From Podarcis cretensis (lineage: Eukaryota), in the NCBI GenBank assembly GCA_951804945.1, contig OX638153.1:30442001-30506000 (forward strand): a DNA stretch of 64,000 nucleotides, given 5' to 3'. Under the pieces are notes generated by a model, which searched no databases, was not told the origin of the DNA, and saw only the letters and a program-made list of their open reading frames with translations. Below, one piece after another: positions 51,501-61,982 of this stretch. Made by a program: the position numbers and the translations under genes. The stretch's first letter is position 1, and every line of letters starts with the position of its first letter.

Positions 51501-52198
51501 CATTGAGGAATCCCTTAGGGCCAAGCCAGAGGTGACAGCAGCAGACCTTGCTCTTCCTCTTCCTCTCTCCCCCTCCCCGCCCCACCTTTCTCTTTCTCTC
51601 TCAGAACTAAAAGAGGAACACAGGTGTGGATTTAGGTTTAACAGCAGCTTATCTCCCAGCAGTGTGCCCCTTTAGGTCAGAGGTGGGGAATCTGCAGTCC
51701 TACGGGAGTTATGAGATTCTGCTAGTCCCAGCCAGCATGGGCAATAGTCAGGGCTAAAGGGAGTTGTAGTCCAAAAACAGCTGGAGATCCACTTTTGGGA
51801 AACATTGAGCTGGATGGACCGGTGGTCTGTCTCAGTATCAGGGAGCTTCCTGTGCTCTTGTGTGTTGATGCTTTTGTTATCTGTGCTCTGGCATCAGAAA
51901 AGTCTTTGCGGTGAGAGGCTAGAGGGAAGGAAGCAGTGGGTTTGGTAAGGGATGCATTCACACACTCCCTTTGCTATGAAAAATCAGATGCACCCAACAT
52001 GCCCTGTGCTGCTGTCACATCTAGTTTGGCCCTAGTAATCTTCCAAGGCTGTTGGCTTCTATTTTACATTACCTTAGGTATGCTTTGCCCCCTCCCCAAG
52101 AAAAAAAAGAGAAACTTTCTGAAACTTTCTCTCTTGAGCAAACACCTTTTTTTCCACCATCTATCAAAGTATCCCTGTCTTTCCTTTCTCTCTGTCAG

Positions 52199-52231
52199 GG
52201 GGATCCTGGAATTGCGGTGGCAGGCATGAAG
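52199..52231 (+). CDS. COL13A1: COL13A1 exon, GDPGIAVAGMK
   Basis: tgtcag|GGG...AAG|gttagt; 33 bp; recalled human GAPGIAVAGMK. Confidence 0.94.
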
Positions 52232-53494
52232 GTTAGTTTTCAAGTGCTAACCTCTCAGGGGGGCTCTAGAGCTCTCTTAGGAGATGAAAACAGAGGTGTG
52301 CTCTCAGCATCAAATAGTGGGGGAGCAGAGAACTGAAAAGCAAAGCACAGCCCTGAGATTAGAGCTGTTTTAATAAAAAACATTTTTTAAAAAAGAATTA
52401 TCCTTATGACTACTTACTATTTTGCCAGTTCAACTGCTAAATTTTGGGGTTTTATTGCACTCAGAAACATCACATCTAGAGTTTTGTAATGTAGTAGAGA
52501 TTATAATCCACTGGAGAGATCCTATGAGTACAAAGTTCCTTCATAGTAAAAAAAAAAGTGGCACTTAGTCAATAGTGCAAATGTTTAAGATAATGTCTGG
52601 TCAAAGGAAGTTCATAATGTGCATCCATCAGATTAATTAAATAGCCACAATGGCAGATTCTCATATCATGCACTATCCACCGGTGTTGTTTTTTTTAAAA
52701 AAGACCTAAAGCAGCTTTGATGTGCCAGCAAACCAGTGCTTAGAGTGGTGTACAAAAATATAGTACCACAGCCCACATGAGATGCTGGTGTTACAGAGAC
52801 ATTATAACACTGTTGCAAACAGAAACACAGATCAGAGTGATTTCTTTTAAATGATCATAATATAACTTTTCTCGCAGACTAGTGTGGAATCTAAACACAT
52901 ATAAAAAACTCTGTGAAACGCTTTTTTAATGTTTTGAAAAGAATATTGAATTTGCCATAGCTCACCATTGCCATCTAATGCCACATTTGTATAATATACT
53001 TTACAATACACGTTTTATTTGCAGTCCTAGGCCTGCCTTATCAGAGTAATTTTATAGCGCTACCAAAATTCCTTTTAAAAGGTAGGATATGTGCAGAGGG
53101 TAGAATTTTATATTTGTACTCTGCACTGAAGCAAATGGGACTTCCTCCTCCCTGGGATTTCTGTTGGTGAGGGCTGGGCCACCCAGAGCTCATTCACACT
53201 TCCATTTGTCCCATGATTTCTAGACACTGGTCTGAGAAGTTTTTTTTTCTTGTCCTGCCACTTTCTCCGGGAAAATCTGCAGTTTTTTTGTTGAATCAGA
53301 ACAAATGGTATTTGGGTTTTCTGCAGATTGACGTTGGTTCCAATTCAGCAGTAAACCACAGGTTTTCTCAGGGAAAGTGGTGGGATGGAAGAAAAACCTC
53401 TTGGACCAAGAAATGGGATGAAGGGAAGTGTGGTTGAGCCCCCAGTGTCATTACCAGAGTTTCTCCAAGAGCAACACATTATTGTGCTCCATTA

Positions 53495-55483
53495 TATTAT
53501 TTCGATTTTATTGCATTAGCCATGTGGCCATAGCATAATATACATAGAAATAACAACATGGAATAGGGGTGGGGAGATAAAAGTGGATGTCGTCCTGGGC
53601 AAATACTTTGAAAAAATGGGGATAACAAAAGTAACGGGGGATTTAAAACATCGAGTGACTGAGAATACAAAAACAGATTCGATTGTGCGGCGTATCGATT
53701 ACATGTGTGGTATTAAAGAAGAAGTTGGTGCCGCTTTCCTCTTCATCACACTAAGCAGGAAATTAGCTGTCATCTCGGTAATCCAACAGTCAGAATCCTG
53801 CAGAAGAAGGGACACTATCCAAGGCTGGATTGGGAGATGAAGCTTGTTCACGAGAGGAGTTAGAAACCGAGATCTTTCTTCTGTCCAGTTGGGACAGAAG
53901 AGCATTACATGTTCCATAGTCTCCAGAGCCGTGTCATTGCAGGTGCATGTTCTATTTGCGATGGAAACTCTGGAGTAACGACCCGACAGAACTGCTGTAG
54001 GAAAACAGTTGAGACGGGCACAGGTAAAGGCCCTTCGCTTAGCCTCCGAAGGAATTGTGAAGCAGTATAGAGGGATCCCTTCAGGGGGTGGAATAGCTAG
54101 GGCTAAGCCTGAACACGGCCCTCTTGCATGGGAAGCTGTGTTAGAGAAGTCAAGTTGCTGTAGCTTCTTTTTGATTAGAGGTAGGGCCGCCGGGCTAATA
54201 TACTCTAAGTTAAAAACAGTTTTGCGGTTCAAGTTGAGAAGAGAGCGGAATTTGAAATTAATTGTAGTTTTCCAAGGAGAATTATGAATATCTCTTAAGA
54301 TCAGATTGGAGAAACCACCTCTCATTTGAGCATCCGATGCTAGTAGGTTGGAGCTATAGGAAATGGCTCGACTCCATGCTCGTTTTACAATGGAGGGCTG
54401 GGCGAACTCAAGTCGTAGGGCTGCACCTGAGACACATCTCGGGACACCGGAAAGAGATCTCAGAAACATGTGAAGTGGGCGATCCAAGTTACCTGATATT
54501 GCTGTAGTCCATACTTCGCAGCCATATAATAATTTAGGGACAACTTTGGCATTAAATATTTGAATTGCTGCTGGAAGGTGTTTGCCGCCCTTCTGATGAT
54601 AAAATCGGACAATGGCATTAGAGGTCGTGGTTGCAGCAAGAGAGGCAGATTGTAGATGGGTGGTCCAGGAGAGATTATAAGTAAATATTAAGCCTAGATA
54701 TTTAAAGGCTTTTACCTTTTCTAAGTAGCCACCTGTGATCTTAAGCGGCTCCAGCTTGAGTTTACGGGAACGAGTGAAGTGGAGGACTTTCAATTTTTTA
54801 TAATTGATATTAAGAGCTTCCGCCTTACAATAGGCGATAAATGCATTAACTGCATTTGCTAGGTCCGCAGCTGTTCTGGATAAGATGACGGCATCATCTG
54901 CATAGAAAAGGGAAGCAACGGGGTGGCCTGCTAGGTGAGGAGGATACTTAGTTGCTAGCTTCAAAGGGGAAAGAGCATCATGAAGATAAAGATTAAACAG
55001 TAAAGGGGCCAAGAGACAACCTTGTCGGACACCCCTGGCCGTTGGGAATGGGGTGGTAAGGGAGCCATTGGGATCAATTCGAACGCAAGCTGTGGTGTTT
55101 GAATAAAGGGAAATAATTAGGGAGAGGAGGTGCGGATCGATTCCCAGATGGGCAAGTTTGGACCATAATCTTTGCCTAGGAATGGAATCAAAGGCGGCCT
55201 CCAGGTCCATGAAAGCGGCAAACAGGTGGCCTTGCCTTGGTGCAGTGTATTTACTGGCAAGGTGATAAAGAGTTAGACAGTGGTCCATGGTTGATGCTGA
55301 CTTCCGGAAGCCAATCTGTTCTGGCGGTAGAATGTTTCTCTCATGTACCCATGAAAGGAGTTCTTCCAGTAAAACAGCGGCAAATATTTTCCCCGGAATA
55401 GATAGTAAACTGATGGGGCGATAGTTCCCAGGGGTGTTTAGCTGGCCGCCTTTGAAAATCGGAACTATTGTAGCTTCTCTCCA
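53495..55483 (-). mobile_element. 5'-truncated non-LTR retrotransposon, probably RTE-X clade
   Basis: Uninterrupted frame 55483-53699 (NYRPISLL, QIGFRK, GVRQGCLLAPLLF, FYADD, KYLG, LLYGCEVW, C-terminal GRY..RTCTC..ETMEHVMLFCP knuckle); AATAAA and short tail; TSD CTCCATTA at 53487-53494 and 55479-55486. Confidence 0.85.
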
Positions 55484-56056
55484 TTAATTTCTATGGGAGA
55501 ATGTAAAGAAGGGCACTATGGCCCAAATCAACATTGCTCCTATCTGCTAGTCATGGTTCTCTTTTTCCAAAGTTGCCTCCTTAGGACAATATTTGCAGGG
55601 CAAAATCTGCAAGCAAGGGAAGGCTTCAAATCCTTTCCCATCTACTGATTCTCCCCAGAAAATAGCCCTGACTGACATTTGCATTAGAAGGAAAACATCA
55701 GAACTCAATGTTTTCTTCATTAGTTCCGCCCTCAAACTTGAATATTAGCAACTCTTGCCCATCTGTATTTCTGCAGATTCTGTTTTTGAGTCTTGAAATA
55801 AAATACTTTTGGTCCGTTTAAAGCTGGATAGAAAATTGCATGAGTGAATTTCACATCAGTACACAGCTGTGTGAGACCTAGTGAAACCCATTAGATAGAC
55901 GTAAATGCAAATTGAAATAAAGCTAAAGTGGGGCTTTGGCATGAGGTCTTCTTTAAAGAATGGTCACCTACTCTGCCTGTTAGTGCTGGAAGTAAAAGAA
56001 TTGCCCCTCTCCTCTCTTCTTCTCTCAGTTTGTTTTTCCATCTTTTTCTAATGCAG

Positions 56057-56083
56057 GGTGAGCCAGGGATTCCAGGAGCAAAG
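56057..56083 (+). CDS. COL13A1: COL13A1 exon, GEPGIPGAK
   Basis: atgcag|GGT...AAG|gtattg; 27 bp. Confidence 0.94.
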
Positions 56084-56273
56084 GTATTGCACTTAAAGAA
56101 ATGTCTGTTCTTAGTCTGCTTTGTCTATGTTTTATTTTAAGTCTCTTAAGGAGATCTGGTGTTATAATCAGGATGTGAGTATGTGAATACTTTGGTTAGT
56201 AGAGATGTTCCCTATTTTCCTCTCCCCTCCCCAGCAGGAAACAAGTGAAATTTCACCAGGGTCTGTAGAAGTT

Positions 56274-56274
<1 letters not shown>

Positions 56275-56322
<48 letters not shown>
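56275..56322. repeat. (CTAT)12 microsatellite
   Basis: direct reading. Confidence 0.95.
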
Positions 56323-56633
56323 GGAGCTACTATATCTTAGCTCTAGATCTCCTCCCCAAGCTTCAATAGAAGGGCTTCAATAATGACCTGCTTTACAGGG
56401 TTGTTGTGTAGATTACTAAGATTAGGTATGTGAAGTGTTTTCACCACTTTAAAACTCTATATAAACCCTACTGATGTTGTTGTTGCTTTCAGCAACAAAA
56501 GTAGAAGTTTTAGCAAGTTTGCTGTTTCTTTTAGGTGTTTCAGGGTTTGGCTATGTTGTGCTTGGAGACTACCTGTCAAGCGTAACAGACATAATTCTCT
56601 GCCTCCCTTTTCTTACCCATCCTCCAAATAAAG

Positions 56634-56696
56634 GGAGAACGTGGCGTTGCAGGGAAGATGGGCCCCCCAGGTTTGCCAGGGAAAAGGGGGCAGAGG
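56634..56696 (+). CDS. COL13A1: COL13A1 exon, GERGVAGKMGPPGLPGKRGQR (no counterpart in recalled human protein)
   Basis: ataaag|GGA...AGG|gtagga; 63 bp; 7 perfect triplets. Confidence 0.86.
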
Positions 56697-57899
56697 GTAG
56701 GACATTGTCAAATGCTTGAGCTTGGTTTGCTTATTTGTATTGTCCTTCCCCCAAACCTTGACCAGGTTGCTCTGAGCTGCATTTTCATGCTTGCCAAAGA
56801 ATGCTTTTCTCCTGTTGCTTACATGTGTGGAGTGTGCTGTGTATGCCCAAAACTAAACCCAGAATTTGAAGCACCCCTGTTCAGAATACTCAAACATTAG
56901 CCATCTTCTGAAAGAGATGTGTTTATATATTGTGTTTGCTTTCACCCTTGGAATAACAAACAGGATAAGTATTGTGATGGGAGGACAGAACGATTTGGAT
57001 GTATGCTGGGATGCCGGTTTATAAGAGGATGCAATTGCTGCTGACTTTGAAGATAGCAAAATCCATGCAACTGATTAGTATTAGCTCTGGCTGCAGCTTA
57101 TTAACTCTTCACATTTCCCAACTTAATTTGAAAATAAAGCACTCCATTTAATGCCTTGTGTGCACTTTGAAATATAAGTGAACTCAACTTCTCCACTGCA
57201 GATCCAGATAGTAGATGAAAATGGCCCTCTGAGTAAAGAATTTCCATCTGTACTCAAAAGTGTTATTGCCATGTCCATTTGGACCACTGCATATGCGTAC
57301 CATGCAGACACAGAAAGCAGTTATATTTAGAACAGAAGTTGGCATCCTGAGAATCTCAGCTGTTGTGGTTTAACTTTGAAGGCTGTCTTGGTTGTAGAAA
57401 ACAGTTGGAAAGGAAAGTCAGACAGAGCTTTCAGCGGTCAGATAATCAGGTTTGCTCCACACAGCTCTCACTACTTCATTCTGCCCTACCACTTGGCTCA
57501 TTCTTCCTCAATCTCTGTGCTCCCCTTCTGTTTCCCTTCCTTTCAAAGGCCTATTGCCATAAAAAGAACTGCCCTTGTTAACTCTCAGACCTGCTTTATA
57601 CATCATGCTTGCACATGCAATATTAGTGATGCCCTTCCCATTAAGCAATGTGTCACTCATATGGTTCATACCCATGTGATCCAGCCATCAAGCAGAATTT
57701 TACAAAAATGGGCTCTCACTGGGGTACATGAAATGATTTCGGAATAAATGGTCTCAATATAGCCTTCCATACAGCTGGTGCTATTATAAATCAGTGTGAT
57801 CAATATGATTTAAATCAAGTTTCCTATTTTGAAATCCAGACATTTCTTGAGCAAAAATGCATTCTGGCCAGCTCAGATAATTAGAACAGACTGGGTTGC

Positions 57900-58600
57900 A
57901 TTTCCCTAAGGATGGGGTTACAGTCTCTGGAGTTCACAGTCTGGTGCTGCTGATTGATGAAGCACTGTCACTGGAACTGGTAGATCGGCTGCAACCCCTG
58001 CTAGATTGTTCAGCCACAATTATTGATGCTCTGGTAATATTTAGTGTGGACTCGTGAAATGCACTCTGTGTGATATATCCTTTGAAGACGTTGGAAACTT
58101 CCGTTAGTACAAAACACAGCAGCTATAGAGACTGCATCCCACCAGTTCTTAAATAACTATAATAGTTGCTAGTTCCTTTCTAGGCACATTTGAAAGTGCT
58201 GGCTATTGCCTGGATAACTTGGGGTCTGTTACTTAAAGGACAACTCTCTCCCACTTGATTCTACCCAAAATGCAAGGTCTTCCCTCAAGGCCTTTGTTTG
58301 GATCCCACATCCATCTGACCTTGTATTTACAATGTCTTTATTGGACTAGCTACCCCACCACGCATTATAAAGTGTTTTTGGAAGCAAATTCCTTTGCTTA
58401 TTTTCCCAGGCATCTCGGTGTGTTGAATAGCTGATTTAAATTGCAGTTTGATGTCTGCTTTGGTTTTTTTGGGATGGATGCTGCTGTTTCTGTGTTTTAC
58501 ATTGTTTTGATGGTGAATTTTTGTGTTGTTTTTATTCGTTCTTTTAACTGCACACTGCCTTTGGGGCATAAGCCAAAGGTGGCTCATAAAAAGATTAAAA
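57900..58600 (+). mobile_element. Highly decayed L2 3' fragment
   Basis: Remnants resembling the L2 C-terminal motifs 'KLQLVQNAAA' and 'HITPVL..LHWLP...FKVL', followed by a T-rich 3' UTR; boundaries approximate. Confidence 0.5.
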
Positions 58601-59901
58601 TGAATTTGTTTGCAACTGAATGCTGCTTTTATGTAATGCAAAGGCACAACTCAAAATGTTTGGCCATTCAGCCCACAGACCCTTTTGTACTATGGAGTGA
58701 TCTCTCCTTATAGCTGAAGCATCAGTGGTGTAGTTAGCCACTAGGACACCTGGGGCGGCGTGCGTGCCCTGCACCCAGGGGCAAGGGAAGCCACCCACTG
58801 GGTGGGGTTTAGCCGGGGCAGGCCACCGCCTCTCCCTCATCTGTAGGGCAGCTGAGGGGGAGGCAGCAGGTGGCTGCAAGCTCCACACTGCTGTTTCGAC
58901 AGTGTGGAGCCTGCAGATGCATGAGCCACCGTGCCACTCCCAGGAGAAATGCGTGGTTTGGGCACCCCCGCGGTGTGGCACCCAGTGGCGCCCCCGCCCT
59001 CCCCCCCAGCTATGCCTCTGTGAAGCATGCACACCTGCACCAAAACTTGGCAAAATCGCTGAGGCCTCGTCCACACTTCCGCTTGTCCTATGTCTAGAAA
59101 GTATGGTTCAAGTGGTTTCCCCTCTCCTTTTCCAGGGAAAACTTGGTCTTTAGCTCTAAGTTGAGCAAATGTGAATCTGGAAAAAAGCCTTAATTGCTCA
59201 TTAGCTCAAAGTGGGGCAAGAAGAAGTGTGCTAAGCTTGGGTTGCAACAGGTGGCCAGAACTTTCCTGAAACTAGGGATGATCATGGTGTTTCTGTGTTA
59301 GATAACTGAAATGGCAATACCCATATTGTTTGTTTTATCAAGCTTAGGTTCTTAGGCATAACACAAGGGTATAAAGCCATCCATACAGGCACTGTAGATG
59401 GATGATCTTGGACATATACAGGATTGCATCACCTTGAGTACCTGTGACACACCTGCCAGTTTCTGGCCCCCAATATCAAACCATCAGATAAATGATTGTC
59501 CTGTGAAGATGGTTTCTTCACAAGATGTTTGTGAAATGCAGCCTTTCAAAACTGGAAAGTTCATTAGATGGTGATTAGTTTTGAGAGATTGTTTCATTTT
59601 AAACCATGTTCTTTGAAAGAGAGAAACTTCTTGTAGCCAGAACTTTTTTAAAAAAAGAAAAACAACCCATATATGTGTGTGTGTGTAAAAGAAAATGGAC
59701 ACATGGCCATGCTGTGATATAGAATCAAAAGGCAAACAATGGTTCTTCGGAAGGAAAACTAGCAAAGGAACAGGAATAAAGCTGTAGACATACTTGCCAT
59801 GTTGTGTCCAAAGATAGATTTACCGCCATTCAGCTGATCCTAGTGCAGATTAAACCAATAATTGCAGTAGGTATCCAACCATGTGTATATTTCACCAACA
59901 G

Positions 59902-59955
59902 GGCGAGAAAGGAAAACCTGGTGATCCGGGACCTCCTGGAACCGTAGGACAAAAG
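59902..59955 (+). CDS. COL13A1: COL13A1 exon, GEKGKPGDPGPPGTVGQK
   Basis: caacag|GGC...AAG|gtttgt; 54 bp; positional match to recalled human GEKGAEGSPGLPGLLGQK. Confidence 0.92.
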
Positions 59956-60324
59956 GTTTGTTTTGTTACCTGGGAATGGGATGTGGTAACAGGTATATAT
60001 TCTTTATTTGCTTGCACAGAAACATTCAGGGAACAGGGCACCTTCAAATGTACATCTTTATGCTTCCATAAAAACAGCAAATAATCTGACTGGGGAAAAA
60101 TATTTCACTGGACAGATCTTTGTACATTTGTTTTTTTAAAACGTTTATAGGCCACACTTTCATATGAAATATCCACAAGGCGGTATACAGACTGAAAACA
60201 CACTATTATAGTAAAAATGTCAACACATCAACGATAGCTGGTTGGCAAGATTTCAGAACTGAAAGACCTGTTTGAATAATTCAGTGGTTGTTTTTTTCAG
60301 AAGATGTCTAAAAGCAAACTTCTA

Positions 60325-60565
60325 CAGTGGTACCTTGGTTTAAGAACAGCCCTGTTTACAAACTATTCGGTTTACGAACTCTGCAAAACCGGAAGTAGTG
60401 TCCCGGTTTGCAAACTTTACCTCGGTCTAAGAACGGAAGCTGAACCGTGGAAGGGCACTGGCGGCAGGAGGCCTCATTAGGGAAAGTGCACTTCGGTTTA
60501 AGAATGGTTTCGGTTTAAGAATGGACTTCCAGAATGGATTAAGTTCGTAAACCAAGGTACCACTG
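60325..60565. mobile_element. Tc1/mariner-superfamily (Tigger-like) MITE
   Basis: Perfect 18-bp TIRs CAGTGGTACCTTGGTTTA...TAAACCAAGGTACCACTG with TA TSD on both sides. Confidence 0.9.
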
Positions 60566-60843
60566 TATTGGCATGGAGTTCCAAGGGGGCCAACCACATT
60601 AAGGGGTTGGAAAAGCCGGCCAAATCTCAGAGGCAGGTTTCTCCTCCTGTGTGGACAGTGCTGGTTTTGCTAATTGGTTTCACAATTAGTATATGTAATG
60701 TCAGCACTCAACTGACTAAGGGGTATTAGCAGCAATACCTTCTCATTTATCACTTCCTCCCCTTCACTCGTTCAGAAAAAGCCTTGTTATAGAAATACAG
60801 GCATTACAATCATTTGACCACTGTTGTTTATTTGTATATCTAG

Positions 60844-60930
60844 GGAGATAAGGGAGATTCTGACAATGCACTTGGAGGAGGTAAAGGGGAACCTGGACCC
60901 CCTGGTTTACCTGGACCTCCAGGACCAAAG
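60844..60930 (+). CDS. COL13A1: COL13A1 exon, [29 protein letters not shown]
   Basis: atctag|GGA...AAG|gtgagt; 87 bp; recalled human [29 protein letters not shown]. Confidence 0.95.
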
Positions 60931-61596
60931 GTGAGTAAATTCTCCTTGCTCTTTTATATACATACTGTGGGCTCCATCTGTGCTTGGGTTGCTCACCAGC
61001 TCCACCTACTTCCCAATCCCTGGAGACTTTGCCAACCCTGACTCCTTACAGTTCAACAAAGCCCCTTTTCCTTACAGCTCACTACCCACCCCTCCCTACA
61101 CTGCAGGAGCGGCCCTTGAAGAGGGTAAGGTGGAGGGGAGTGGCAGGTGGCAGCAAAACAGGACTAGGGAGCAATTGCTGGGGAGCTGCACCAGTCTGTA
61201 CTGAATGTTCATCTGTGGCTCACCTGCCCACCTGGGCCACTTCTTCCCTCCACCTTGCCCTCTTCCACTAAGGGGTGGTTTGTGTGTTTTTGGCAAGCTG
61301 TCAACCCACTGTAGTTTGCAGCACCACCTGTCCTTGGCCAGATGAACCACAGCTCGATAACATCTTTATGCAAATATAGTAGAGGAAGATATGCTTACTG
61401 AAGACTATTCCAGAGTAGGTTAGAATCTGACTATATGTGCACATAACTGCACTACCAGTTTTTCGGTGAAGCACGTCCTGTTCTTTGGGGCTTTCTATTC
61501 AAGATACTTGAATACTTAGAGATACTTTCAAGCACTGAAGTATCTCTAATCTAGATGGAAACTCTGGTTTCTAACCACCTATGTACTATTTTTCAG

Positions 61597-61665
61597 GGTC
61601 CCAAGGGTGAACCAGGAAAGAATGAAATGGTAGATTACAATGGCAATATCAATGAAGCTTTACAG
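61597..61665 (+). CDS. COL13A1: COL13A1 exon, [23 protein letters not shown] (COL2/NC3 junction)
   Basis: tttcag|GGT...CAG|gtaata; 69 bp; start of the NC3 coiled coil. Confidence 0.96.
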
Positions 61666-61802
61666 GTAATAAACTAAGCTGACACATACAACACAGGCAT
61701 GTACCATGTGTTGCTATTTGTTTGTTTTATGGTGATGTTTTTTTGAAGAGTAACAGGTTGTTTCATGCTGATTTAGCTGCAACAAGTGATCATCTCATAT
61801 AG

Positions 61803-61982
61803 CAGGCATGTCCAAAGTCTGTTTCAGGGGCCTAATCTGGTCCGCCGGTCAATTTAATCCGGCCCCTGTGGCAGTATATGTCCTGGGTAAAATCCTATAA
61901 AAAGCCCAACAACTGTGGTCAGCCCTCATGCATGTTTACTTCATCAAATCTGGCCCTCTTTGAAAAAGGTTTGGGCACCCTG
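61803..61982. mobile_element. hAT-type MITE
   Basis: TIRs CAGGCATGTCCAAA...TTTGGGCACCCCTG; 8-bp TSD TCATATAG/TCATACAG. Confidence 0.75.

Noticed and set aside
60878-60886. Internal GAG|gtaaag donor inside the 87-bp exon
   Set aside because: Use would shift the frame (37 nt). The downstream AAG|gtgagt is stronger and gives the conserved 29-aa peptide.
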